This document shows, one piece after another, positions 11,114 through 24,999 of a stretch of DNA of 64,000 bases (position 1 is its first letter; the number at the start of each line of letters is the position of its first letter). The translations under genes were made by a program, and so were the position numbers. Where the stretch lies: positions 6,324,001-6,388,000 of the forward strand of contig OZ004608.1 of the NCBI GenBank assembly GCA_963924565.1. The letters are read 5' to 3'. This stretch comes from Ascidiella aspersa. Its lineage: Eukaryota. The notes beneath the pieces were generated by a model. It worked only from the letters and a program-made list of their open reading frames with translations. It had not been told where the DNA came from and did not search any database.

Positions 11114-14066
11114 TTAAATAGTTGAACCCTTAGTCACAGCAGTAAACATTTCCTCGGTCTTTGGTTTGCTGTCAGCATTTGTAAGATGATAAGCTGCTTC
11201 GTAGGCGAAAATGTAAGTTTGAGACAACTCTTGGTTATTTTCACTTTCTTTGGAGCCTGCGTCTCTATTATCACAAATAGGGGAAGTAGCTATACGACCT
11301 GTAAAGCAAACCTGTATGTACACCACAATTATGCAAATTAATATACAGTACTATTAAAACCAACAACAAAACGAAAACGAGATAAAATAAGACAACAAAA
11401 TTCAACATAAGACCCAAATCTGTTGGAGTACGTCCAACCGTAATAAGGTATAAATTGCCTAATTGACATCTGAAGCAGCATTGTTTGAGCAGCGGTATGT
11501 TTGTCCTTGGTTAGGAGAAAAGGTTGGGTCATGGGTGGGGTCAGAAATTTGGTGGATGATGATGGCGTTATTTATGAGCTGGTGCATAAGTTATGGTTGG
11601 CGTTTTGTTTTATGTAAAGGTTAAATCTTATTCTGACTGTTTACGACTTATTTCGATCTAGTTTCTCTACTGAATTTGGTGTTATTGCTAGAGTCCACAT
11701 GCAAGTTCAGTTCTAACATATTTGTTCATATTCAAACGATATTAATTAGCGCACAGTGCGTTGGGCTGTTAACTCCCGTTTTGAGTTGTATTTTGAAACC
11801 AACTACCGCTAATGCAATGTTTGATCTTTTTATAGAAAGTATTACGCCTACTTCTCTATATTTCATGAATTTTGCTTATTTTAAGCAAAACATTACGCCA
11901 TTTTATATCGGATCGCAATGCTGTATTTTTCTCGAAAACATAAGGATAATAGATTGGTAAAAAGAACTACACATTGTCAGAAATATTTATGGTCGTGCTG
12001 AATAATTAGTAATATTATATTGTCGTGCAACACTATAACCGACATGTAAAAACGCATTCGATGGACTTACCATTCGACGGTTCGGAGTACTCCACTTCCT
12101 GTTCAGGTAATATAAGGTTGTCTGCCACCGTACTGTATTCCAGAATCAATCTTCGCTCTTCTTCATGACTTTCCCAATAAGGCGCTGGTTCAGCTGAAGC
12201 TGCCAAGGTTGCCATTTCTGTTCTATTTAGGCGTGAATACTTGTTGGGGTCTTGTTGTGCTGCTTCCAGTTGTAACACCGCATATTCTGGCCACGTTGGC
12301 AGCTCGTACTCATTTTCTACTTGTAAAAAATCGTTGAATATGGTATTTTATAACTGACATAATTGGTAATTAATGCTAAACCCGTGCCATCAGGTCGCCC
12401 ATTAGGACCAAATAAAACGTCTATTCTAAAAAGAACTAACAACCAGCTAGCCATTACATGAAATTTATATTAAAAATGATCAATGCCACATAAATGAGTA
12501 TCAATAATTGTTTAATATAATATCTATAGGAAAATTGAGCAATTTATGATCGGAGAAGAGTGCAAACTAGGACTTGTCTGACTATGTGCCCATAAAGGAG
12601 CCGTCCCTTTTAAAAATGTAGTGACCCCTATTTTATATCAACTATATCGATTTTTAGAATTTTTGAAAAAAAATTCAACACCAAGGAAAAAAAAAGCATA
12701 ACAATTCTAAATTTCACCAATGATTACCGTTCTTCGGTGGTTCCGTTTTCTGACATTTCCTGCAATGAGAAACAAACGAAAGTTATTCCCTCCCACCTAT
12801 ATACTATAGGTTTGCATCAACCAAATCTTCCACCCACCTCAGCCAATACATCGCAGCAACAACTGCGCAGCAAAGAAGCACAGCTCCAGCGATTAAAGCC
12901 ACCAGTGTTGTGGTTATGTTTCGCGTAAACTTTGTGGGCGGTGTTGTACTGTTGACTGTGAAATAGCACGCCTTATTATTTGTAATACCTAAAAGTCTTA
13001 GAAGGTCACAGAAGTTGGTTTGAAAAGTTCGCCTAACTTGATTGTCCTTATGGCCACACCCGAAGTCACATTGTACAACGTCTGCTAGCCTAGAAGTACG
13101 TTTTGTTTAATTAACAAAATAATAAAGTTACCAGCAATAGCTAAACAACAGACCGCAAAATCGAGAATTTTTTTTAGCTACAATTAGGAAATTTTTAGTG
13201 CACCCATTCACCTTGCGGTCCTGCGTCTGTTGCTATTCTGTCGGACACACGTGAAGGCGTACTTTTGAAATTCGCCTGATCTGAGATGTTTAAACCAAAT
13301 ATATATAGTTAATGAGTAAATTATGCATATTTCTCATACCCCTGGTTATCAATAGTCTTGCTATTTTCGCCATGGCTCCTAACACGCTACGTTTTTATAC
13401 GTCCAGTATTAAGACTTATAAAACAATAACTGGATAACTGGTATGGAGCGTTAATTTATTCTATATACTACCCTAAGTTATAATTTCGAAATTGCCTTTA
13501 GTTTTGTTCTATAAAGCGAAAGTGTCATGCAAAAATTGAATAAACTATCAACTTAACTTACCCACGCTTCTTTGGCAAACGTATGAAAGACGTAGTGAGC
13601 AAACGAAATCGTTCCAAAACTCAGTTTGACCCCCCAACCCAATAACAACACAATCCTCAGTTCCGACAACGTTATTAGGTTGTCCTATTCTCCAGGTCGA
13701 CCATGTCAGTTTTGATCCGTCCAACCAACGGAACTCATTGGTTGTTACGTCTCGCTTCAAACCGATGTAAAACCCTCCACGTGTACCTGGATGTATTTAT
13801 AAATACGTTAAAAATATAACAGCCACTTACGTCATGTCAAATCTCAAACCTGCAAGATTCGCCACGAAATCATTTATTTTGGGGGATTTGAGTTCAACCA
13901 ACGTTGATTGCATTCCCTTGCATGCTTCTAGTGCGTCATTGTACGTTTTTGAATCATTTGTCACAACGAGATATTCCAATATGTTCAACCTATGCCAACT
14001 GACAGCACAGGTTTCACACAAAAGAAAGCTGACAAATATCGGCAAAACGTAATATATTGCTACCAT
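11114..14066 (-). CDS. C-type lectin receptor 2: signal peptide, CTLD, short stalk, TM, long tail with ITAM-like and ITIM-consensus tyrosine motifs
   Basis: Phase-compatible exons 14066-13850, 13786-13562, 13280-13212, 12955-12838, 12759-12728, 12420-12382, 12316-12071, 11298-11114. CTLD has QPN and WND. TM LVALIAGAVLLCCAVVAAMYWL then RKCQK. Tail ENEYELP, EYAVL-x11-YSRL, LEYSTV, VEYSEP, ending GSTI*. The small exons and last exon are less certain. Confidence 0.78.
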
Positions 14067-14089
14067 TGTCCTATATCCTTGCAGACAAT

Positions 14090-17000
14090 TCTAAAAATAA
14101 AACAACGATAACATAAACTGGGATCTTAGTGAAATCTACAACAAGCAAATAGTGAAAATACATAGATCCTGCCTAAATATCAATAGTATTTGTTTATAGG
14201 TTTTTAAATCTGATTCTCCTACCCAACCATACCAAGAAAACACCATGAATTTCCACGAATCTGGCGTTTATGCACAACTGATTTGGTTGCAAAAGTTCTG
14301 TCGCACTGTTACTATCGAAGGGAAAGTGACTCATTAAACCTGCTAACAATGAGTATTGATACTGGGCCGATTTCCATCTATAGCCAAGCAATGGCAGAAA
14401 TAAGGCATGGAAAAATGTGCGCTGATCGAGAGACAATTGTTATCCATGGGACAAAAATGACTAACGAGTTTCTCCAAAGAGTAATGAACTAAAGTGCGTA
14501 CTTCGTTCTGAACTTTTAAGGTTTTGTTTAATCATATGTAGAGCCACGACCCTCAACTTGCCTGAACATTTGTCTTGCACTAAATTATAATGTCCCGACT
14601 TCAAGGAGATAAATATAAGTATTAGAACCTTCTTTAAAAACGTTTCCAAATCGATGTGCTATCTCTCTCTCACCGGGTTAACAAAGCATCCAGGTGTTGT
14701 TTAAGTCCCGGCTTTACGAAGCGACGCCAGGAACTTAACAACACATTATATATAATTTAACAGACGTATCGTTTAATAAAGGACGTTTCTCTACGTTAAA
14801 TGTGCAGGATGCGGAAAGCAGTTTCGCTTTCCTTTTTAATCTATCCGATTAATTTGCTCTTTTTGAAAGCAGAACGTAAAACGCTTGGCGTGAGAAAGAC
14901 AAAAGAAGTTTTGGTTTGTCTTTCTAATGGTTTCCCACTCAATTAAAATATATAGTGTTGCCTTTTGTTTATTAATACACCATGCAAATTAAAACGCAAG
15001 GCATTCTTTAGATGAGTTGCTTAAGCCAAGTATGCGATAGCAAATTGTAGTTGTAAAATAAAGCATGGTCTACACTCCATCACGTGCTCTTAACCTTTTT
15101 TGTTTTACACGTTTTACAATTTTTCAATTTTTTTCGTTGCTTTGGTGATGTTAAATTGTTCATCGAAAGCGATAAAATTTATTACTGGCCACTCACACGA
15201 ATATGTTAGTATTATGCTGGTCTGTTGAAAAGCACCGCAGTATAATATGCAGAAGTGTAATTTGACCTGCGCTCGTGATAGGTATGAATATAGCAATGGT
15301 GAGTATCACGGCTTAACATTTCACAATATTTATGCAATACTAAACTAAGTGTTATTTTTCCATTGTTTGAGATTTTTCCTAAAGTAATCTTTGAGTATAA
15401 TTCTTTTAACTCACTTAACGGAACAAATTGGATCTAAACCGGTTTATTTTTATTTTTCGCCGACCAACCAACTGACCAATGTTACTGAACTCCAGCGAGC
15501 TAACTCTTTACGTCGTGCCAATGCAGCCATACATATTTGGTGTACGCAAAAAAAAAAAGAAAATCAAACAATATGCAAATGTTGAAATGTGCTCAATGCC
15601 GGAATTAAGTCTGATTCTAATTTGAAGTGATCTTAATTTAAACCCAATAAGCATAAACGTTTTTGTAGCCATCCAGCCGAATTCCTTTAAGCTCGATTTC
15701 AGCAGCACATTTGCATAGCATGAGTGGAAGTGAAGTAAAATAGATCTGTTTGTAACTTTTAGCGTGTGGATCCAGTTGAAAGCTTGTTTACCTGGTTCAG
15801 CGGAATCTATTTGGTTCAGCGGAGTCGTTTGGTAGAGAATTTTTTTTGATGTACTTTGGAAACAAATTATGAAACAATACCAATGGAAAATGGTTTATTG
15901 TAGTACCAATCACAAGATATTTGCTAATAGTCTGTCTAGTCACATTTTTTTACATAAGCAATATATATATATATATATATAGGATTGTGTATTTATAAAC
16001 GGCTTTAAAATGATTTTTTTTTTAAATAGCAATTCGCTAAAATTTACTCGTTTGAAGCGTATTGGTTATATTTTTAAATTGAACAGTGAAAATGGTTAAG
16101 CTATAGTAATATTACAATAAATGTCATCATGCTGTAATATTTCAAGAGCTGATAGATTGTTCCATTCGACTATTTAATTAAGGATGCGTTTCGAAGCATA
16201 GGAGTCATTTCTGTCTTAGGATTTCTATTTATAAACGCATTGTGCTTGGACGCTTTGAAAATAAAACCAAAAGCAAGTCTTTGTTAAAATGATGAAGGAA
16301 ATTGAACTGGTATCGGTTGCTTTGTGTTGTGAACTATGAAGTTAATGAATGTTTTTTCCACTGATTCGTTCGTTGTATGGATGGCGTATAGGCATTCTGC
16401 ACTGGTTATAGTTTAAATATATTTCCTCCTTTCCAAGAGCTGTTAAAATTATCATAAAAGCGATTGATAGTTTTTAAGTGGCGCCTAAGTTGTTGCTGCT
16501 GACCCTTCAAACAATTGACCAAAATCCAGTCTGCGATCGTCATACATTACAGTAATCCGGCCCAATATTTGTTGTCCACCTTTAGGTTAAGGGAACTTCG
16601 CTTCGCACTACAGAAATTTGACAAAAAATAAAATAACTTTACCAATAAACTCGACAAATGATCAACCGTGACAAAGTCAAAACTTCACATTAATCTAATA
16701 GCGCTTACCGTAAGAAATGTTTACTATTTGAGAATATCATTCGGAAACATAATACCTCCTTATATGCTAATTGCCTTTGTAGGCTACTTTGCACACAAGC
16801 TTACAGCGTCCAAAACAGTTAACACTTGTAGCCTATGCTGAATTTGGATGTTAGCTGAAAAACACACTAAGCTAAAGTCTACATCACCAAACCTTCCTTG
16901 AGTTATTTAACGACGCCGTCGCCCCTTTTAAAAATCACTTTTAAATTAGCAGTTTGACCAAAAAGGTGGCGTCAGTATCTTAATGGAAATAGCAAAGCAG

Positions 17001-19008
17001 CAAGATTCCACTGAATAGTGTTGTGAAACAATAGAATGAACAAACCAACGAACGAGAATCGGAAAACGAGACTGGGCGGTAAATATTGTTTTCCGTTTAC
17101 GAGTATATCCGGCGTTGGCTCATACAAACTTGCGTGATGGACATGCAATAAAAAATCGAACAGTGTGTGCAAGAATCTCATATCTTGAAATCTAAGAATC
17201 TTGACTTGTCTAAGAATCCACATCAGATTTCAGTTGTTATGTACGAAAACCGTCAGATGGCAGTATGAAGCGCCACTGAACCGTTTTTTTCACATACAAG
17301 CAGCCACTGCGGCATGTATGTGAAAAGCCTTCGGTTAAGGTAGTTATTGCAGGATTGTGAACTAGTCATTTTGAAATGGCATAAGCCTTGTTGCCCAAGT
17401 CAAGCCCCCCCCCCCCCCCCCTTCGCCTCAAATAATTACGAGAGCAAGCCTTGTCATTTGAATAAAAAATAAGAGTTTAATCATGAACAATAACTAAACT
17501 AAAAATGACAAATTTGCAATACACGTACACCGCCAGCAAATTGTTTTAAGTGCAAAAATTGAGATAAATCAACAGATTGTAACTACTCATCTTGGTCAAT
17601 AGACTTAGGTCTAGTTATGTCATTTGAAGATAAAGGCTTAAGTGCACTTATGTCAAGTGATTGACTCAAGTCATTACAACACTGGTTAGGGCGTTGACAG
17701 AGGGCGATTCATCTGCTCAAAAAATATATAAGATTAAACGCAAACTACCACAACATATCGAGGAGATGATATCGCAGCAAACGATGGCGCTCTTGTTATT
17801 GATGTGAGGGATATGCGCACAATCGAAAAAAAAAGTTTGTAAAATGAATGTTTATTCGTTTCGCTTATTACCCTAGAAATGTCACTGCACAGCTGGAATT
17901 TATTGCAGGACTCGCTTGTTACACAAACATTGTACGATTGGCAAGTATAACAAACAACTATCACTGACACGGTATTTGCCTTAACAGGTCTAATTCGGTT
18001 AGCTTTATTTATAGATCAATTGCGGCCTTTCTCAAGTGTTTCGCATTTCGACAATAGAGCATTTTGTGCCATTTTAAGAATCTTTGTTTCAAGAATAACA
18101 AGGTTTGCTTTGTTAAAAGCATAAAATAGTTGTGTTTTATTGACCATTTTTAAAAGCGTTCGACGTTTACCAGAAATTGATTAATTTTTACTCAAAAAAG
18201 GTCAAGAATAGTTTGATTATAAATTTGTCGCCTTGTTGTATACCTTTCAGAAATTGTGCTAAATGTTCTTTTAGTGGTATTCCTATGTTTAACTTTCGCT
18301 TTTAGTTTTTGCTTATGTGTTTTGCAAAACTACGAAATATTTTTAATTTAATAAAAGTGTACAATAAACATCACTGAATTCCTGTGATGATGGGTTTCAT
18401 AAATTGCAACGCCGAACACTTTGGTTCGCCACAATTAAAGTTGGTGAAATTGTTTATCAAAAAATAATATTACCACAATGGTATAACGTGCATTCATTTA
18501 TAGCGTACGGTATTCTTCTGGTTAAGTCGGGTTGCTTGTATTTACAATTGTAAAAAGCCAGCATCATAGGAATTTTAAAGCCAGTCAGCTGTTTCTTTCT
18601 GCGTTAAGGTGTAAAAATGGAAGTTCAATAGGATAAAGCAGTGTGTTGACTGCATTTTTAACGACCCATGTCAGCTAGGCAAAGGCCAAATGAATAGAGG
18701 TAACAGATAGTTAATAAAACTGCTGAAAATAAGCTTCTATTCTTTAATTACAGTATTGTTGGTATGCGTGTGTTCGCAAAACTATCCGGTCATTGGCGGG
18801 TTACAAACGCTTTCTAAACTAAAGAAGAAGTGAAATCTAGTTTCCATGGCGGCATCGACACACCCCCTTGATACGCCCACGCAAAAGCCAATCAATAGTC
18901 TTTAAAAGAAAGGTGGAATAGTGACAGATTGACATCAACACCAATGACGACCCTATTGATTAGTCCTGCTTGATTCAACGTGTTGGCGGTTTTCGGTAAA
19001 TTTCAACA
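14090..19008. repeat. Segmental duplication: 5' flank of lectin 2, paralogous to ~31675-36670 (5' flank of lectin 3)
   Basis: Continuous, high nucleotide similarity read by eye along the whole interval. Confidence 0.9.
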
Positions 19009-19234
19009 TAGCTAATCTGATAAAGGTGGTCTACACATATAGGTTTTATAACGGTAATAATATCGTAAATTGCATTAATAGAGACTATTACAACTCTTGA
19101 TGTGCACCAACAAAGCTCTTTAGACTTTAAGATTACTCAGTGACGGTCGGCAAGCATAATAAAGAGAATAAAAATTCCTAAACCATCCATAACACCTTAA
19201 GCTCACATATAAAAATTTCAATTAAAATATAAAG

Positions 19235-21200
19235 CAGTGGTTCCCAAACTTTTTTGGCTGGCAGCACGTTAGAAATATTTTAAATATTTCGCGGCACACT
19301 TTTAGCAGAACAACAATAGAGTCATTTTACACCTAACAAATTAGCGGCGCGGCATCAAACCGCGAGCTGCCAAACAAAAGGTCAAAGTTCGCTCGCCTCT
19401 CCACGGGCGCGCGCGCGACAAATTGTCAAACTTTTGACCTAACCACGCAAAACATCTTTCAAGCGCAATTACCTGCGTTGACTTAAAAATCAAATGAAGT
19501 ATATTGCCTTAGTATAAACAAATTTTACTATTTTACAAGTCTTTTATGTTTAAGAATTTCTTGCTGTCTGATACCGCGTAAAGTTTAGGTATAGAGTTGC
19601 AAAATTTCGCATTCAATGTGGCGGTTTTAATATTAACCATTATTGCTGAAGTTGGACGCAATGATACCGGGATTACATATTTTCTTTAAGGTTTTACGTT
19701 TGTGAGTGGTTCCAAAATTGCTTTTTGGTTACAATCTTTGTTGCATTGTATAAAAAACCTGTGTAAAAATCGTAATTTATTTCAACAAGACGAAGAATTG
19801 AATTTGTTTATTTAAAAATGCTTTTTGATTCAATACTTTGTTGCACTTAAAATTAACGGAATTACCTGCGTGGAAATAAATATCAAACTAAGTATATTGC
19901 CTTAATTAAAGTACATTTTTTAATGTTTCCCACTTAAAATTTTATGTTTAAGAACTTCTCGAAATACGTGAAACAATGGCCATTATTTCAAAGATCTGAA
20001 AATATTTGACGTAAAATCCGTCTTTTGTTAAACGGTGAAATGAAAGTGACTGTGAGGGTAAAACACAATGGTGGCCGAAACTTATGAAACACTCAAATTT
20101 ACAACAGCTATTATACGTTGTTTTGTACAATGAGATAAAGTTAATATTTGTTATTTTTTTGGATATTGAATTAATGTCACTGATCAGATAACAGCGCAAA
20201 CCATAAGGCTAAAACTATTCGCAAACTTAATTGAAAGTTTCGCTTGCAAATTACTTGAAGGACGAAAAGGCAGAGCATCAACATATAATATTTAACACAA
20301 CCTAGTATCTGTACATATAAATGAGAAAGTTTGTTCGCTGGACGGCGGATGGCGGATGATGCCATGTGTTCGCCTGGTCGGTCGCTGGCATGGCAGACAG
20401 ACCACGTCGTCATCGCCCAACAAAAGTAGCGGCGCGGCGTCAAACCGAAATCTGCCCAACAAAAGGTCAAAGTTCGCTCGCTTCTTCACGGGCGCGCGCG
20501 CGACAAATTGTCAAACTCTTGACGTAACCACGCAAAACATCTTTCAAGCGCAATTACCTGCGTGGACTTAAAAATCAAATGAAGTATATTGCCTTAGTAT
20601 AAACAAATTTTACTATTTTACAAGTCTTTTATGTTTAAGAATTTCTTGCTGTCTGATACCGCGTAAAGTTAAGGTATAGAGTTGCAAAATTTCGCATTCA
20701 ATGTGGCGGTTTTAATATTAACCATTATTGCTGAAGTTGGACGCAATGGTACCGGGATTACATATTTTCTTTAAGGTTTTACGTTTGTGAGTGGTTCCAA
20801 AATTGCTTTTTGGTTACAATCTTTATTGCATTGTATAAAAAACCTGTGTAAAAATAGTAATTTAATCTCACACTACGAATAATTGAATTTGTTTCTTTAA
20901 AAATTGCTTTTTGATTACATATTTTGTTGTATACAAAAAAAAACTTAATCGCAATTACTTCCGTGGAAATAAAAATCAAATTACGTATATTTTTTTTTTA
21001 AGTACATCATAATCTTTCCAACTTAAGACTTTAAATGTTTCACAACTTCTCGAAGTATGTTAGCGGGCAAAATTAGGTAGAGTTAAATCGTATTTTATAG
21101 GGCGGTTTTTAATAGTTACCAATTTTCAGTTTCAAACGATATTTTACCTACGTTGGACGCAGTATGTTACCGGGATTACGTATTTGCCTGAATATCACGC
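19235..21200. repeat. Composite repeat: hAT-like left TIR followed by a higher-order direct repeat (19342-19960 ~ 20427-21050, built of ~390-bp subunits)
   Basis: CAGTGGTTCCCAAACT at 19235; the motif CAATTACCTGCGT.GA..TAAAAATCAAAT..AGTATATT recurs near 19465, 19859, 20550 and 20951. Confidence 0.7.
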
Positions 21201-22707
21201 AATGCGAACAATGGCTGCTACAGCTTAACGTTTTACGTTTGTGAGCGGTTCTCTATCGATATACGTCACGCGTTTTCGTTACGTAAAATATGTTTGTCGT
21301 GGTAAGCCATTGGGCATTTAGTCGTTTCATTTCAACAAGCACACAATATTGCATTTTTTACTACATATTACTGTTTATTTTACGAAAACGAAGTATTAAA
21401 TATTTCACAGTCACACAGATAAATGCGAGATTTTATAACACGCCATCCCATTAAATGCTACTTCCACACAAGCTAAAAGGCGTGACTCCAATTGTGGGAA
21501 AGCACAGTTAACCCATTTCAGGCACAATCAGCAAAAAAACAGTCCAAAACAGTCCAGGAACGATCAACACATATAGGCTGTATAGCAATTAACGATAAGG
21601 AAATTTAACATGTTTTAATTAAGGGAAACTAAAATGTGTACCACTTTACACACTATTTAGCACTCTAGCCAGGATATTACGCTGTCCGTAACATTACGTT
21701 TTGATAACATGGTAAATTGCCTTTTTAAATCATCGGCAATTACACGCAGCTTAAGAAAATGACGCAAAGTTCAAGATAATGTGTAATAGTTCTTAAGAGA
21801 CCACAGCTTGAGGGAAGCTTGCATTTTTTTAAAACTATACATGAGAATAATTCGGGGAATACGAATTTGTTATGGACACAGAATTTTCCCACTATGTAGG
21901 GTCTAATGTTGTAGCTGTTTTCATGATGCCGCAAGCGGATTGCTTTAGGATTTTGAAAGCAGTCAACGGAGCCGGGGATTAAACTCCTCGGAAAATCTTG
22001 TTGCAGAGTTTGTGAAGGGAAAAGTTGCTTTTTCAAGGGGCTGCAAGACTGTCATTCGTATGGTGTCAGTTTGCTGTTATATCCGTATTTGATATTTACC
22101 GTGACTTGTGGGTTGGGTTTTTCAAAATCGGCAACGTATTTAACTTATCCCCATCGATTATTTTGTTTAATTTTACCCCTTAAAAGTTAATAATATATGG
22201 GTTGGGTGGCTTTGAGATATTACTTAGAAAAAGGCCGATTTTAGCGGTGTCGGTTTAAGTTAATACTTTTTAAGTTAGCATTTGTATTTAACGCCAAAAT
22301 GTCATTATTCCAGCAACAAGGAACGTAGCGTTGTTTTTTATAATGTGCGCAAAAACTTGCACGCGAAAACGTAATAGAAAAATATAATAAACATTAACCA
22401 ACACGCACAAAAATTATATACTATTCACATTGTCATATAGACTTTAGTTACAAGTCTAAAAATCTGTGTTAACTATTTTGCACAGCTTTCATGAGTGGTC
22501 TTCAACTCCAATTAAAATAAAAGGTAAAACGTGCGTTTTAATGATTGCTTTGGTTTGCTAATCTTTCATTAGCTTGACATTGATAAACAAGCGAACCAGA
22601 CAACAGGCTTAAATGTGTTAAGGAAAATCCGGGTTGTTTTAGTGAGCCATTGAAACGGGTATTAAAGTATAATGTGGAGGGAACAGAAAGCATAAGGGTT
22701 AACTTTA

Positions 22708-24999
22708 CTATGCAGAGAACTCCACGTATCCCTGGTCTCTTTCCTCACTTCCACGGGACGGAAATATAGGGTTGGGTTCCACGTAACCATTTTCTTCGTC
22801 TTCGTCAACAATTTCTAATGGAACTGAACAAAAATGTTGTAAACCTAAAGAGGCGATGTGTTAATAACCTATAAACTCTTTTTTGTAAATGGCCGATTTT
22901 TATTACCCTAGAACAGTGGTTCTCAACCTTTTTTCTTTTGTGAGCCGTTTTCGTTGCACAAAAATACTTTGGCCCAATAAATGTTTATAAAAGAACAAAC
23001 TATGAAAAAGGTTTAGAACAAAAAACAGCGGAGCATCTATCAAAACAGATTATTTATTTAACCGTGCATTAGTGAGATTGCTTCTGAACAATAAGTTTAC
23101 ATTGGTTCTCGATTCCTCCCCAAGCCATTATTCCTGTAAAATTAAGTATAGTGACACAAATAAAAATAATTCTTCAATAAATATACAGTTTTTAAATTCG
23201 TCTGTGGCCCACCTAAAAAGTTTCCATGGCCCACTGGTTGAGAACCGCTGCCCTAGTGGTATATTTGCAAATATCTGCTAAAGCTGTATTTCATAGTTTG
23301 ACATTATAAAGAGTTTTTAAAGTTTCACGAGCTTTTAGGTATTCCGTTTTATTATGATTTGTTTTAAAGTATCGTACCATGCTTAGTTGCTAGTCTTACT
23401 CAACAAAACTAGGGATGGGAATAAAAAATATTGGTTTGTACTAAGAGTGTTACGAACGAAACCAGCATAAAAAAACGGGAAATTGTAAGGAACACGATTA
23501 TTTTGAAGTACCGGTACAAAAACCTTTTGAAAGAATGGAAAAGCAAACTATATACGACTGACTGTAACAAAAATATGTGATCTACTTGGAAAATAGTTTT
23601 GTTTATAACAATTTTAATTGGACGTGTTGCATGTTTCAACTAACATTTTCAAATGCTGGAAGAGCATCTTATTTTTTGGGCGACAACCTATTTGAGGTTC
23701 GAATTTACTTTACTTTGAGGAGCAGATGTAATTTTCTATTGCGTCTTACCGTTGTAGATATGCTTCTGTTGAGATGGACAAGCAATGGGAATTTCGTAGG
23801 CACCTTCCGCGACAACCCCAGGTATATTATTGGTTGATCTAAAAATTAGATTTTATTACATGTTAACTGTTAAAGTGAGCAATTAAATACTATTTTAATC
23901 GCATTATTAAATACAGTAAGGCAGCGATTTTTTTGACATGTTACTCTCGTTTTCTCTGTGGTCGTAATTGGAATTAAACAGTTTCGAAAAAAGCTGATAT
24001 CATTTCGAACTTTCATGCGACAGATTTTTTTAAATTGTTTTAATGGTGCTTAATGAATGGGTTTGTTTTTATACGAGGGATGCAGGATGGGTTAAAATTA
24101 GTTCCAGACGGACTTCGGCAAAATTTGCAAACTCCGTCGAAGTCCGAGTTCGGCTCTCACTCTATACAGTCTGTGTTGCACTGATTTATACAACAACAAA
24201 AAATAAGGTTGATATACAGCAATCTAACTGTAGGGTGTCATAGGCTATATCTCAAGCACCCACAATACGTTGGTGGAAATAGTCCACTATATGCTATTGC
24301 AACTTTACAATTCACAGTTGGCAGCCTTATCGTTCTCGAACTTGTTACTGCGCATGCGCACGTCCAAATCGTGTCTCTCGTGTAATCTTACGAAGTCTTA
24401 CTCGAGTTTGATTTTCTCCATATATACCGACTCAAGTACCGAGTCGGACTGAGAATCCACAAAAGCTAACAAAGGAGTTTAAAAACGCTTATAAGGGGAA
24501 TATATAAAATGTTTAAACTGATAAGGTATGGAAAGTTTAAACTGGTTAGGCATAGTTATCTTAACTGAAATATTTTAAAATAAATTTGCAAATTTTACTT
24601 ATAGCCATCCAGTGTTTTTTTAAGGTGTTTTGGGGGCCGAAACGATCCCCCAAATTTCTCCAGCGGTTTCCCAAAATTTGGACTTGCAACTCTGCCAGTA
24701 GCCTAATAAATAATTCGTTTAAGCAAATATGGCTATTTTTTGGTATTTAATTGAAACACTTGCGGTCTCTTGAAACTACTTAGCGGTCACCCAAACCAAA
24801 CCTTAAAAAAAACCTGGCCATATCAAACCAATCAAAATTTCTTACGCATTTCGAACTTGTTTAAGCCGAATAGAATATCTTTTCAGGCAGCATATCAACA
24901 ACACAATAATGCAGACGGATGCCAACAGCAGCGATGCAAGGACAGCTATCACTGGCACTTGGAATTGAAGCGTTTCATTCTGAGTGGCCGTGGTTTGAG
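22708..24999 (-). other. Second copy of the lectin-3 TM+tail exon cassette (exons 24999-24846, 23838-23750, 22823-22708) with no lectin exons of its own
   Basis: Same splice sites and reading frame as 29272-26982. Confidence 0.75.
22914..23250. mobile_element. hAT-type MITE in the last intron of the receptor tail
   Basis: TIRs CAGTGGTTCTCAACC / GGTTGAGAACCGCTG; near-TSD CCCTAGAA/CCCTAGTG. Confidence 0.8.

Noticed and set aside
12033-12300. Carboxylesterase/cholinesterase C-terminal fragment suggested by LPTWPEY
   Set aside because: No other esterase motifs nearby; the exon splices in frame behind the lectin 2 TM as a cytoplasmic tail.
14194-14492. Overlapping short ORFs upstream of lectin 2, also present upstream of lectin 3
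   Set aside because: Conservation is explained by the recent duplication; no recognisable domain.
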